The translations under genes were made by a program, and so were the position numbers. Positions 1-13,106 of a stretch of DNA of 64,000 nucleotides are shown piece after piece; position 1 is the first letter of the stretch; every line of letters starts with the position of its first letter. A model generated the notes under the pieces. The model had not been told where the DNA came from. It saw nothing but the letters and a program-made list of their open reading frames with translations, and searched no databases. Source of the stretch: Eledone cirrhosa (lineage: Eukaryota); contig OZ024743.1 of assembly GCA_964016885.1 (NCBI GenBank), positions 309,194,001 to 309,258,000 of the forward strand. Reading direction: 5' to 3'.

Positions 1-34
1 AAATACAAATAAAATAATTTGTCAATAATTACTA

Positions 35-120
35 AAATGCTATGTATTATAAAAAATGCTATGTATTATTAAAAAAATGCTATGTATTATAAAAAAAATG
101 CTATGTATTATTAAAAAAAT
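35..120. repeat. minisatellite, about 4 copies of aaaatgctatgtattat(t)a
   Basis: Direct repeats of a ~20-nt unit visible at the start of the window. Confidence 0.85.
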
Positions 121-502
121 TTATAAACATGTGCTAAATAATATCGAACGATAAACAAGTATAAGAAAGGATAAAAAAGTTTTTAAAATTATCTAAGGAT
201 AAAAAGATTTATACTAATTAAATAAATATTTAATAAATTATATCAGTATTGAAGGTATACTACTGAAAAATCGAGAGTGAGGCAATGGTTAATATCTAGT
301 ATAATATTAGTAAAAATAGATTCAGATAAAAGTGAGTCTTATTAAAGATAATGAAATAATATAATAATATAATAAAATAATAAGATGTCTAAATGTGATG
401 GGGTGGTTATAATAAATTGCAATCAAAATTGTAGGGATCAGAACAGTGTTGATATAAGAATGTAATGATACTAATATTACTAAGATATATATATAAATAA
501 AT

Positions 503-945
503 CTACATTGGTATAAGATAGTTACTAGATTTAAAGTAAAAAGAATGGTGATTAATATGAGGACAAGTGGAAAAAATCTTAAATTTCCTATTTAATAAAT
601 TTAATTTAGAATAAATAATAGTATGGGACTCAAGAAGACAAACATTACAAAATTTATTGGGAGGTTTATAAGAAGGAGTTTTTGTAATCACATTCCAGGA
701 CAGGGTGTAAGGTGTATTATTACTCTTCAGAAATGATATGAAATTAGATAAAGAGGTTGCATGCTTAACCTTAGAGTTCTTAAGAGTATGAAGATGTGAA
801 TTATACCTCGTCTTGAAACTATTCGATGTAGAACCGATATTGGTTTTCGAGTAGGAGGAAGATATGACAGTGCAGGAATAAATAATATTCTTAACAAGAC
901 AGTTTCCATTAAGAGCATACATTATTAGGCCTACAATTACAATTA
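503..945 (-). pseudogene. Penelope-like element GIY-YIG endonuclease C-terminal fragment (Naiad-like), frameshifted, no RT
   Basis: NCNCR linker upstream in another frame, then LNGNCL..NIIY.C.V...IGST...FKTRYNSH...CNVC..E...LLN...S.CPH; closely parallels ORF 4766-5206. Confidence 0.85.
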
Positions 946-1111
946 TAACTATTGCATTTATATGCTCATATTTTTCATATGCTTCTTCTACCTTTGCTAT
1001 CTTCTCTTATATAAATGTTGATACTTATGCTTACTTCCCATATTATGTATCCTCATAATGTTCTTATGACAAACTTCTGATATTATATTTGTGTTTTTAC
1101 CTTTATCATAT

Positions 1112-1156
1112 ACTCCGATGAATTCAGCCTTGTGCTAGGATGAAACGATCGTAAGT
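1112..1156 (+). ncRNA. type I hammerhead ribozyme (C4 core variant)
   Basis: act CCGATGA attc-agc..gct-aggat GAAAC gatc GTA agt: stem I act/agt, palindromic stem III ACGATCGT. Confidence 0.7.
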
Positions 1157-1929
1157 GATTCAATGTTCTGAACAAGCTTTGATTGTTGTTTATAAAGTAT
1201 ATATATATTAATAGTAATAAGAATAATCGAAGTTGCATCTGCAAGTAGCAGATTAGCCCCGATCATCGAAGACTGTCACAAAGCATTCTATGATAGAGTA
1301 ATTGATAAATTTACCCTCAGAATGAACACAAGAAGTTAGGTAATAGTGACACCATGAATAATGTGACCAGAGGCATGTTTCCACATTAATACTACAACAA
1401 CGAAACATACAGACAGGTTAAAGACGAACCTGGACCTGATCAATAAATATTAATCGATAAATATCACCGATAGGTTTCTGGGAATCTGGAAGTTACTCTC
1501 CAAGTTGCGTAATGTATATGCAAATCAGTAATGCATCCTAAGATGGAACGGGGGATCTCCCTTCTTCAACAGGTTTTTCGTTCCAAGTATCCACTTTCAT
1601 GGGGTTCTGAGACAACACCGCCATTCGACTGTAGCAGTAAATTTGGCAGGTCACGTGTCATTACTCAAAAAGAGGAATGTCATTTTCCTGAGTTTTTGTG
1701 GGTACATTTAAAAGTGAGAACAAAGGATTTATTCACAGTCTCGAGGTAAGCGCTCAACTAGGTTTTCAAACAAACAATTAAACAATCAATTAATTAATTA
1801 ATTATAAAGGCTAGGAGAAAATAATATTAGTAATGTGTACAATCGAAGTTTCTGCTGCAAGTAGCATATTAGCACCTGATCTGCGAAGACTGTCACAGAG
1901 CACTCGATGATAGAGTAATTAATACATTT

Positions 1930-2575
1930 CTCCTGTCTCGTAGTCTGGTGACAGTTGGGGCGCCACAGATGACCTGTCAACCAACTCCTTCCATTCCTCT
2001 CGACACTTTCCTCATGGTTGCACCCAGCCTTATGCCTGTCCATTCCGGGATGTTGTCTTCCTATCTCTTTCTCTGTCTGCCCCTCTTCCACCCTCCTTGT
2101 ACTATTTTCTGCTGGACAGTCTTGGCAGACCCTGAAGATCTTGTCACGTGCGCGTACCATCTCAATTTGCGTTGTTTTACAATGGTCAACAGGTCTTCGT
2201 AGGGCTCGATGGCTTGCCAAATTCTGTTTCGTACCTCCTCATTGGAGATGCCGTCTCCGTAGGCGATGCCAAGAAGCTTTCTCAAGCATCTCATCTCCAT
2301 AGCCAGTATTCTTCATTCCAGATCTGTTGTTATTGTCCAAGACTCACAGGCATACAAGTATATGGATAGGACCAGAGAGCGCATCAGTCTGATCTTTGAG
2401 TTGAGGGCTATATTTGTGTCATTCCAGAAGTAGAGTTTGTGGCCTTTCTGGGTGGATGTTTCTCCGATATTTTTCCACCGAACTTCACAGAGTCCTAGGA
2501 TGTTCCAGCAGTATCTTGTTCATCTCGTTCGCCAAGCTTGCCAGCTTCTCTAACAGAAATCCCATTCCATGTGCC

Positions 2576-2576
<1 letters not shown>
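1930..2576 (-). mobile_element. RTE-clade LINE remnant, internally deleted (APE N-terminus joined to ORF C-terminus)
   Basis: 2061-2300 gives EMRCLRKLLGI..LLTIVKQRKLRWYAHV.R..RGRQRKR; minus strand of 2420-2576 reads like GTWN..REAGKL..ILGLCEVRWKNIGE (APE start). Confidence 0.8.
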
Positions 2577-2607
<31 letters not shown>

Positions 2608-2609
<2 letters not shown>

Positions 2610-2806
2610 AACGAGTAGGACCCGGACGGTTGAGCTCAAGCCGTTTCGACGGCTAGTTCTGGACTAAAATGTCCAGAATTAGCCGTCGAAACCGCTTGAG
2701 CTCAGCCGTCGAGGTCCTACTCGTTCCTATTACCCACTCTACTACCCTAAGTATTGAGTACTTTGGTGCGTTATGGACCACCTGGTTCCTTACCACATTT
2801 CCTTCG

Positions 2807-2809
<3 letters not shown>
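2608..2809 (+). mobile_element. solo PLE pseudo-LTR 3' fragment with ~55-bp foldback, (TA)n-flanked
   Basis: Same sequence as the pLTR at 57194-57330; 2608-2665 is the reverse complement of 2671-2727; carries the HHR 3' half GAAAC...GCCGTC. Confidence 0.8.
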
Positions 2810-2881
<72 letters not shown>

Positions 2882-3034
2882 TACATATATACATTTATAT
2901 ATACATATATACCTATATATATATATATACATATATTTATATATATATATATATATATACATATGTATATATATATATATATATATTTATAAATATATAC
3001 ATATATATATTTATATATATGTGTATATATATAT

Positions 3035-3120
<86 letters not shown>

Positions 3121-3157
3121 GTATATATATATGTATATATATATAATATATATATAT

Positions 3158-3207
<50 letters not shown>
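2808..3207. repeat. (TA)n-rich microsatellite
   Basis: Direct reading; source of the YIYI pseudo-ORFs. Confidence 0.95.
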
Positions 3208-3210
<3 letters not shown>

Positions 3211-3388
3211 TAAACGAAAAAGAAAATGCTGACAAATTGTTCATAGTGAAAAATAGTTTAATTAGGAATAAGTGAGAATTAGTAATAGTATTGGTTAGTA
3301 TTCAGTTTTGGTTTTAAGTTTTACCGGTTGCGCATTTCTAATGCTTTTCAAAAATAATTTTGAGATAGAGCGTCCGTGATGTTTGCTC

Positions 3389-3392
<4 letters not shown>
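3205..3392 (-). mobile_element. solo 3' fragment of the pLTR of the Neptune-like PLE at 59889-63804
   Basis: Aligns by eye to 59892-60088; contains the GCAA hammerhead-like motif at 3319-3354. Confidence 0.85.
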
Positions 3393-3457
<65 letters not shown>

Positions 3458-3459
3458 TC

Positions 3460-3540
<81 letters not shown>

Positions 3541-3541
3541 C

Positions 3542-3593
<52 letters not shown>

Positions 3594-3737
3594 TTAAGTT
3601 GTTAAACAATATTCGATGATTATGTCAAAGAATGAGTTTTACAGTAGATTGGAAGCATTCATCCGAAAATAATTTTCAGGAGTTATTAATATTAAAATAT
3701 AAGTATTAATAAAATAGATGTTCCTTTGATCAATTAC

Positions 3738-3790
3738 ATTTAATTATACATATTTCGGATGTACAACAGTACTTCCTCGTCAGACAAAAT
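3738..3790 (-). ncRNA. type I hammerhead ribozyme
   Basis: Reverse complement: attttgt CTGACGA gga-agtac tgtt gtac-a-tcc GAAA tatgta TA attaaat. Confidence 0.65.
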
Positions 3791-4608
3791 ATAATGATAC
3801 ATGACATACCCTGAGATGTTAAATGGTTAAGATTTAATCAAGGTAGTGATTACCCGATAGAAAATTTTGCTTATATAATATCTATGTGAGAGTGCGAAAA
3901 CGTAATGAATTCATTAGGGAATGTGTTAGTAAGAACATTTTAAGTTGTATGATACAATAATATATAGGCAAACGTCTCATGAATCATAACAGCCAGTGAT
4001 AGCCACTGGAAAAAGATTTATAAGGAGGGAAAGATAAAGTGTAGGGTTTTTTTTTCGAAAGTTAAACGGTTAGAATTTGGAAATATTTAATTTATAATAT
4101 TAATGTGGAGACTCCAGATTTCAGGATTATTTGCTATTTATTTATCTATTATTTATATAAATTCGATAAGTGTGTTATCATTTCTAAACTTCTGAATTGC
4201 GAGAATAACATTTTAAAGGATTTAGCTGGCACATAAAGAATGAAATATTATACTGTTGATTAATTACCTAAATCTAAACTTTAACAAATATCCCAACATA
4301 TTAGGTATGCAAAGCCTTTGAAGTGCTTATTGTTATGAATATTTGAATAACTATTATCTATATAGGTATATATTAATGAGTCAGTATATATAAGGTAAAA
4401 ATAAAATAATATAATATATTATAGATAAAATTTATACATATGTATAATTATTCTTCAACCAAGATATCAACGTATTATTAGATATAGGGATGTATATATA
4501 TAGATATATATTAGGTATTATTAATGTAGTATACTTTAGGTAAATGATATATTACATTTAAATATATATATACATAGAATCCATCCCTAATTTTCCTAAC
4601 ACTAACAA

Positions 4609-5206
4609 TAGGAAAATTAGGGATGGATTCTCCTCTCTACATACTACTAGTCTGAACAGATCTGGCAATGCATTACCACCAGAACAGTCCTTATCTAATA
4701 GCAATCCTACGTGTAATGCATCACCACTTGAGCCAACCAATAACACCCGGAAGTGCAATTGTAGAGTGAGTGCTAACTGCCCTTTAAACGGTAACTGCCT
4801 TTCTAAGAACATTGTCTATGCTTGCGAAGTTATAACTAATTCCTCTAATAGAACTTATATAAGCTCTACATCTAACACTTTTAAGACTAGGTTTAACTCT
4901 CATATCTCTAATTTCAAACATGTTAAGTTTAAGAATTCTACTTCTTTAGCACATTATATCTGGGATCTTAAGGGAGCTAATATATCATATAGCCTTAACT
5001 GGCGTTTAGTAGCACGCTCTAACCACCTTTCTACACATACTAAGTTTTGTAATCTCTGTATCCTCGAGACACACTCTATAATTTTCTCTAGCGCATCCTT
5101 ACTTAATAGAAAGTCTGAGATATTCTCTTCTTGCCCCCACGCTATTTCTAATTCATACTTTTATTATAAACCTAAACGTTCTAGTAGTACAAATTGTACC
5201 CATTAG
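4609..5206 (+). pseudogene. PLE linker and GIY-YIG endonuclease domain
   Basis: NRKI...RKCNCRVSANCPLNGNCLSKNIVYAC.V..YISST..FKTRFNSH..STSLAHYIW.LK..CNLC..E..LLNRKSEIFSSCPH. Confidence 0.88.
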
Positions 5207-6896
5207 CTGATATATTCCATTATTTATTTTTTTAGTTTAGGTTCTTTTGTTTGCCAACATTATTATTATCATCATTATTATCATTGGTTTTTGATGACTC
5301 TTTATTCTAGCTCTCATAATCTTTTGGCTACTGTACCATATCTATCTTCTTACGCATTAAATTTTCACTATTACACCTTATGAATGTATATAAGATTATA
5401 TATTTTACGCTATTTATTTTATTTTATTTTATTCTTATTTTTATTTTTATTCGGATTCTTCTTTGGATACCCCCCCCCCCCCATGCGCACATAAACTTAT
5501 TGTCAACCCCTCCAAATCGACTATGATTATATTTAACCCCCCCTCTTTTACGCTCCTTTCTATTATGTAATATAGTATATCGACTATATTTTATGCCCCT
5601 TTGCATCCTCCATATATTTCTTCATTTCTGTCCCTATTAGCCTACCTTAATTCTGCTTAAGTCAGTTTTTTAGATATCGTTATGTATATGATAGTAAAAA
5701 ATTTTCATTCCTTTTTGTAAACATTTGTAACGAAATATTAACATTTATAAACTTTAATTACTTAAACTATAGCTAATATTATACTGCCTTATTGGATAGT
5801 TTAAATATTTTTAATATTAATTTATCAAATAGGGTTTTCGAGTCATTTACAGGGGTTGTTTCCTTAGTTTTTACTTAACTACTTAACTGCATGTGAGACC
5901 TAAATATATACGTTTGTTTTTGTTTTTTAATTTCCGGTTGATTCTATTTATTTATTTTATTCTATATTTTATATTTTATATTTTATTTGTAATACTACTG
6001 TGCATTATATTTACTTTCTGGCACTTACTCACTCATCCATATACATGTCTGTCTACCAACCTTGTAACATTATGATATGTTAAACTTTATATATCATGTA
6101 AGATGTTTGTATTCTTTTGTACCATCAACATTTTTTGGGGGGTATTGTACAATTTATTTTTCCTCACCTACTCTGTAACCCAGTATGAATTGATTTGTTA
6201 ACTTGAGTACCATTATATATTGTTTATTATAAATGTTAATATATTGTATATTATAAATGTTAGTATATTATTATTATATTATTATTGTGACATCTATATT
6301 GTTTGTGTAAATTAACCGGGGATTATCTATTCTATTATATTGTATTATATAGTATATAATTGTATTGTTTATTATTTATTTTATGTGCTACTTATAATTA
6401 TATCATATTATTACCTCATGTATATTGGGTAGATGTATTAGTATTATTATTATTATTATTTTCATTCCTATCATGCTTATTTTTATATTCAAACTCTTAA
6501 TAAGGTTTAATTTGTGCAGTTGAAGATGGATGTGTGTATTGTTGTATGTGTATCTGTGTGTACGTGTGCGCACATATATACATATGCATATCGTACCTTT
6601 TGATTTTTATTGTAATTTTAATGTTGGTAAAGGTATATTATATTATATTATATTATATTACATTGTATTATATATAATTCTTGCTCTATATAACCACCTT
6701 TGTTTAGCTCTAGGTTTTTTGCTTTGGACTAAATTTGTAATATGGTTCTTAATGTTATATACATCCTTAGTAATTTTTATTATATATTTTTATTATTTTT
6801 ATTATATATTTTTGCAATACTTTAGTGTATGTACACTCCATATTCTTCGGAGCTTCCGGCTTGTATCTGCCGATATTACTTCTTGTTGTTTTAATT

Positions 6897-6934
6897 GCCC
6901 TGATGAGTCCTAAATAGGACGAAACATTGTCGGC
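6897..6934 (+). ncRNA. minimal type I hammerhead ribozyme
   Basis: gcc CTGATGA gtccta aa taggac GAAAC att GTC ggc; canonical core with perfect stem II. Confidence 0.9.
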
Positions 6935-7081
6935 TAATAAAGACTTTTGATGTATTGAAGGCTTCTTTGTTTTACTCTCTTAATTTTTCGGCTCTGTTTA
7001 ACTACATTGAGCTATACCTTTTACTGTCATTTCTATAATACGAAGAGGGTGTTTAACTCCAACACGCTCCAGTATTTTAAC

Positions 7082-7112
<31 letters not shown>

Positions 7113-7117
<5 letters not shown>

Positions 7118-7910
7118 ACAAAAGCGGCTTATGTTTTCATATACAAGGGGTAGAGAACCACTATAGTGAAGGATATAAGGTCTACATAAAGTGAAGAAAA
7201 TACATAATAATCAAGCGGTAAAATTAAAATGTAAAAAACCCACCTTTATAACTATACACACCTGGACATTCCCAAAGAAGAGAATGTTTCGCCATAGTGC
7301 TGGTAAATGAAAACATAACCCCTTTTTGTGTTTTCTTCTCTATATACTATATTATTGAGAACCCGGTAATCTATTCCTTGAGCTCATAAAATTACAGGCA
7401 TTTAACGCGAGTCTTTAACTTCCGTTTTTCGATTGATTTAGCTCTTAAATTCTTCATTAGTAGAACTTCTAAGTTGAATGGTTATAGGCTACCATTTCTA
7501 GTGGCTTCTTGATCCATTCATGCTACTCTATACTGTCTGGTGCGCGTGTTTTCGTTCTCTCACCATATGATTTATTCAGTTGTCTGAAATATCTTTAGAT
7601 GTGTTTGTTATATCTTCTTTACAACCGTTGGTAAGCCCTGAAAAGGAATGGTGCTAGCACTTTGGCGAGACATTCCCTTCTTTGGGAATTTCCAGGTGGG
7701 CTTTTTACATTCTAATTTTACCTGTATTTTCTCCACTTTTCGTAGAACTTATATCCTTCACTATAGTGTTTCTCTACCCATTGTAAATGAAAACATTACC
7801 TCTTTTTGTGTTTTCTTCTCAATATACTGTATTATTGAGAGCCCGGTAATTTCTTCCTTGAGTTCATAAAATTACAGGGTTTAACGCGAGTTTTTAACTC
7901 CGTTTTTTCA
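7113..7910 (+). mobile_element. (TA)n-flanked non-coding element: inverted arm + ~479-bp direct repeat; degenerate HHR-like motif ~7635-7680
   Basis: 7113-7300 is an inverted copy of ~7655-7812; 7304-7429 is directly repeated at 7783-7908. Confidence 0.7.
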
Positions 7911-8185
7911 ATATATATATATATATAAATTTCTAAATGGAGATATCCACTTAGTTTTGACTGAGCAAGTTGCTGGAAAGTTCGATGTGTTATTATTATG
8001 AATAATCATGCAGATCTTGTAAATCCAAAAGACCCGAAGGATTGGAAAGTAAGTGGCATCACAGATCATTAATATGTATTTAAAGGAAAACCCAAAGGCT
8101 TAGTTGTTTTAAATCCCTAAAGCCTTTGGTTTTCATTTAAACTCTGTCTCTCTCACACACACGCATACACACACACACACACACA

Positions 8186-8322
<137 letters not shown>

Positions 8323-8557
8323 TTATATATATATATATAGAGAGAGAGAGAGAAAAGCAGAGGGGAGAGAGAGGTGAAGTAAAAAGTATGTTCTTCATAA
8401 CTTAGCGGTCGGACAAAACCATATCGATAAAAAAAGTAAGGTACTCCGTATTGTGGATAGTTTTAACGTACGGCATTGTTTGACTCAACAAGAGGTTTCC
8501 TTAGTTAGGTGGCCAGTTCTCGGGAATTCCTATGCAGGTTAATCTTGGAGTAATAAT

Positions 8558-8872
8558 AGTGAAAGAGTGAGGATAACATGGTCAACAGTACAAAAAGGGT
8601 TTATTTACAGTATTAACAATTGTTTCATTGATTAGGGTGTCTAAAAATTGCTAATCACTTGAAGTTGTGTCACTCAATTTTAAATACATGTATGTCTAAT
8701 CAAATCATGAGTTATTCCGATGATTTGATTAGGCATACATGATTTTAAAATTGAATGACACAACTTGAAGTGATTAGCAATTTTTAGACAACTTAATCAA
8801 TGAAACAATTGTTAATACTGTAAATAAACCCATTTTGTACTGTTGACCATGTTATTCTTCACTCTTTCACTA
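8558..8872 (+). repeat. ~150-bp foldback ending in (TA)n; right arm holds a long-stem-II HHR (8710-8819)
   Basis: agttatt CCGATGA t-ttgattagg...cttaatcaa-t GAAAC aatt GTT aatact; left arm is the reverse complement of the right arm. Confidence 0.7.
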
Positions 8873-8997
8873 TATATATATATATATATATATAGTTTTA
8901 TAGAACAATGAATTGCGTTAGATAGAAATGTATAGTCTTTATCTCTCTTTCTCTCTCCCCTCGCTTGCTCTTTCTCCCTGTATATATATATACACAC

Positions 8998-9104
<107 letters not shown>

Positions 9105-9137
9105 GTAACCCATTTGCAGCGCCGCAGCTCCATTATT

Positions 9138-9183
<46 letters not shown>

Positions 9184-9645
9184 CGAGAGAGAGAGAGAGA
9201 GAAGATAGAGATAGAAAGAGGTAAAGACTATATATCTCTATCTAATGGCATTCTAGATCTCAATGCATATATTTATATTTAACCATACAAATAACACTGC
9301 ATGCAAGTAATTCCGCAATTTCTAATCTTCAACTAGAATCTCAAATACACGACTTCTCGACGTCAGCGATCCAAATAGAAGAAAGTGAAAAGCAACATCA
9401 ACAACAATAACAAACCATCATCATTTTCCCTTTTTATTAGTGGACAGTTCGTTGTGAAAGCTTGCAGTTTTAGATTAAAGATTTTACTTTTTATTATGAT
9501 GCACAGTGCTGTATGTTGCTTTTCAAGAATGTCTTGCTAATGTGTTTTTCATTTTGTTAGTTAATTCAAATGTTTGCAATATCTTTATTGTGAAAATTTG
9601 TAGTATAAGATAAAGACTTTCGTTTTTGATCGAATCAGTCAGTTT

Positions 9646-9975
9646 AGGCGACGAATTGGCGGAGTCGTTCGAACGTCGGATAGATGCTTTATGATATTCG
9701 TTCCGGCTCTCTGCTCTCTGAGTTCAAAACCCGCCGAGGTCTACTTTGCCTTTCATCCTTTCGAGGTCGATAAAAAAGTACCAATCCGGGGTCGATTTTT
9801 CCTCAATATTTCTTCCTCATTTCTTCTCTCTCAATTTCTATCTTTCTCTGGAAGAAATCTGCTGTACTAAGGCGTGAACAGGGATGGGCTCCGCCAGGCT
9901 TAAAATGCCTAAGGAACGCCGTATGTCAATACGGCGCCTCTTCGACACTATCAGGAGTTACGGGACCATACATAC
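9646..9975 (+). mobile_element. tRNA-derived SINE, dominant family, 3' tail type B
   Basis: A-box-like tggcggagtcgtt, B-box gagttcaaa, body ctttgcctttcatcc...ggtcgataaaa, tail gaagaaatctgctgta...ggagttacgggaccat. Confidence 0.85.
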
Positions 9976-10406
9976 AATTTTCAAGAATATTTTAATAATA
10001 CGGTATCATGTGATAAAGAATACTATGATGTGTCACTTCAACTGTTTAAAATACAATGTTACTAGACTAAGTTTAAATAAGTACTTCGAAAACTTTGTAA
10101 AAATATAGTTATCAACGACTGATAAGTTTCAAACAGCCAGTATAAAGGGCAAAGGATGACAAATAAAACAGAACGAACGTATTACTCAATATAATTCAAC
10201 AGGATATTTCAGGACTATTATTTTCTTTTCAAATGTAAACAAAAACGTTCCAAAATAAAAATAACTCTGAAGTATCATGTTGAAATATACTGGGTAAAAC
10301 ATTACATTGTTTTGTTTTATTTGTCATCCTTTATGCATTTCTATCACATAGTACTGGCAATTTGAGACTTATCTGTCATTTATTACATATCTCACAATGC
10401 ATCATT

Positions 10407-10407
<1 letters not shown>

Positions 10408-10480
<73 letters not shown>

Positions 10481-10481
10481 G

Positions 10482-10524
<43 letters not shown>
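10408..10524. repeat. (TAC)n microsatellite
   Basis: Direct reading. Confidence 0.95.
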
Positions 10525-10525
<1 letters not shown>

Positions 10526-10841
10526 TATATATAAATAAAAATAGAGAAATTAATGTGAGCAAGAAGCCAACAGTAATTCATAATATATAAGTGACTATTA
10601 CGTCAAGATGGAAAATATTTAACGTAAGATATGGGAAAATAATTCAATCTCAATTAAAAAAAAGTCAAGACAGAAATTTTATCCACAGATTTTGTGTAAT
10701 CCAAGGACGCACACACGCAAGCACACTCACATATATATACATATGTATATATATATATATATATATATACATTATGAAGAGAGAAGAAACATTTAGATAT
10801 AATTAGTAATAAAATGTATCATACCTAAACTGTTCCTAAAT

Positions 10842-10929
10842 TCCTCGACTACGTAGTTTCGTGGCATAAACAAAAACAATATATCAAAGATATAGAGTCC
10901 TTGCGAGGTCTGCCAACTTATCAAGAGGA
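10842..10929 (-). ncRNA. type I hammerhead ribozyme, U3-A8 variant, long stem II (unit 1)
   Basis: Reverse complement: tcctc TTGATAA g-t-tggca..(insert)..tgccac GAAA ctacgtag TC gagga. Confidence 0.8.
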
Positions 10930-11432
10930 TACCTCATTTTACTAGTCTCAAGAACGCGTCTACACGACGTGAGAAAGAATCCCAAAAGGCGGAGGGGGAG
11001 ATAGTCACGCGATATAACGGTCGAGAAACAGAGCTAAGCCTCTTATAACCACGAAGAAAATACCACGGAGGCGGAGGGGGTATTCATATCGAGGCCGTAG
11101 AAGAGGTAGTGAAGAAGGCGAGAAGTATGAGTAATGGAAGCTTTCCAGTTGTCCCCACACTTCAAAGATTGCTCGACCAGAGGGAGTTATTAATATATTT
11201 AAAAACACACAGATACATGCGGACACACACATATATACATGAATGCATCCGCACCCAACTGTGAGTTAAGGGTGCCAACTTCACCGATGTTGCTCAATGA
11301 ATGACTGGGACAGACCAATTCAGTTTGAACCAGACTGAACCAGTATCAGAGTTAAAAATACATTATGAAGAGAGAAGAAACATTTAGATATAATTAGTAA
11401 TAAAATGTATCATACCTAAACTGTTCCTAAAT

Positions 11433-11520
11433 TCCTCGACTACGTAGTTTCGTGGCATAAACAAAAACAATATATCAAAGATATAGAGTCCTTGCGAGGT
11501 CTGCCAACTTATCAAGAGGA
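11433..11520 (-). ncRNA. type I hammerhead ribozyme (unit 2)
   Basis: Identical to 10842-10929. Confidence 0.8.
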
Positions 11521-12023
11521 TACCTCATTTTACTAGTCTCAAGAACGCGTCTACACGACGTGAGAAAGAATCCCAAAAGGCGGAGGGGGAGATAGTCACG
11601 CGATATAACGGTCGAGAAACAGAGCTAAGCCTCTTATAACCACGAAGAAAATACCACGGAGGCGGAGGGGGTATTCATATCGAGGCCGTAGAAGAGGTAG
11701 TGAAGAAGGCGAGAAGTATGAGTAATGGAAGCTTTCCAGTTGTCCCCACACTTCAAAGATTGCTCGACCAGAGGGAGTTATTAATATATTTAAAAACACA
11801 CAGATACATGCGGACACACACATATATACATGAATGCATCCGCACCCAACTGTGAGTTAAGGGTGCCAACTTCACCGATGTTGCTCAATGAATGACTGGG
11901 ACAGACCAATTCAGTTTGAACCAGACTGAACCAGTATCAGAGTTAAAAATACATTATGAAGAGAGAAGAAACATTTAGATATAATTAGTAATAAAATGTA
12001 TCATACCTAAACTGTTCCTAAAT

Positions 12024-12111
12024 TCCTCGACTACGTAGTTTCGTGGCATAAACAAAAACAATATATCAAAGATATAGAGTCCTTGCGAGGTCTGCCAACT
12101 TATCAAGAGGA
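12024..12111 (-). ncRNA. type I hammerhead ribozyme (unit 3)
   Basis: Identical to 10842-10929. Confidence 0.8.
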
Positions 12112-12787
12112 TACCTCATTTTACTAGTCTCAAGAACGCGTCTACACGACGTGAGAAAGAATCCCAAAATGCGGAGGGGGAGATAGTCACGCGATATAAC
12201 GGTCGAGAAACAGAGCTAAGCCTCTTATAACCACGAAGAAAATACCACGGAGGCGGAGGGGGTATTCATATCGAGGCCGTAGAAGAGGTAGTGAAGAAGG
12301 CGAGAAGTATGAGTAATGGAAGCTTTCCAGTTGTCCCCACACTTCAAAGATTGCTCGACCAGAGGGAGTTATTAATATATTTAAAAACACACAGATACAT
12401 GCGGACACACACATATATACATGAATGCATCCGCACCCAACTGTGAGTTAAGGGTGCCAACTTCACCGATGTTGCTCAATGAATGACTGGGACAGACCAA
12501 TTCAGTTTGAACCAGACTGAACCAGTATCAGAGTTAAAAATACATTATGAAGAGAGAAGAAACATTTAGATATAATTAGTAATAAAATGTATCATACCTA
12601 AACTGTTCCTAAATTCCTCGACTACGTAGTTTCGTGGCATAAACAAAAACAATATATCAAAGATATAGAGTCAAGAGGCTTAGCTCTGTTTCTCGACCAT
12701 TATATCGCGTGACTATCTCCCCCTCCGCCTTTTGGGATTCTTTCTCACGTCGTGTAGACGCGTTCTTGAGACTAGTAAAATGAGGTA

Positions 12788-12875
12788 TCCTCTTGATAAG
12801 TTGGCAGACCTCGCAAGGACTCTATATCTTTGATATATTGTTTTTGTTTATGCCACGAAACTACGTAGTCGAGGA
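12788..12875 (+). ncRNA. type I hammerhead ribozyme (inverted arm)
   Basis: tcctc TTGATAA gttggca...tgccac GAAA ctacgtag TC gagga read directly on +. Confidence 0.8.
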
Positions 12876-13106
12876 ATTTAGGAACAGTTTAGGTATGATA
12901 CATTTTATTACTAATTATATCTAAATGTTTCTTCTCTCTTCATAATGTATTTTTAACTCTGATACTGGTTCAGTCTGGTTCAAACTGAATTGGTCTGTCC
13001 CAGTCATTCATTGAGCAACATCGGTGAAGTTGGCACCCTTAACTCACAGTTGGGTGCGGATGCATTCATGTATATATGTGTGTGTCCGCATGTATCTGTG
13101 TGTTTT

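Larger units (their letters stand above)
4609..7085 (+). mobile_element. 5'-truncated Penelope-like element (Naiad-like): linker + GIY-YIG, long AT-rich 3' region, HHR, ends in (TA)n
   Basis: ORF motifs, HHR at 6897-6934, AATAAA at 6936, TA tail from ~7085. Confidence 0.75.

Noticed and set aside
1222-1930. ~90-bp diverged direct repeat at 1222-1310 and 1840-1930
   Set aside because: Real but old; no HHR or terminal features found to classify it
2653-3244. Many 60-200 aa ORFs rich in YI, CV, TH or SL repeats, here and throughout the window
   Set aside because: They are translations of (TA)n, (CA)n and (CT)n microsatellites, not genes
10121-10376. Old inverted repeat with ctgaagt..gaaatata
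   Set aside because: The inverted repeat is real, but it is too diverged to call an HHR or assign to a family
11005-12414. Identical 75-aa ORF three times
   Set aside because: It follows from the 591-bp tandem repeat; non-ATG start and no recognisable domain
10768-12672. CRISPR-like or satellite interpretation of the array
   Set aside because: No unique spacers and a eukaryotic context; the inverted arm and TA junctions fit retrotransposition better
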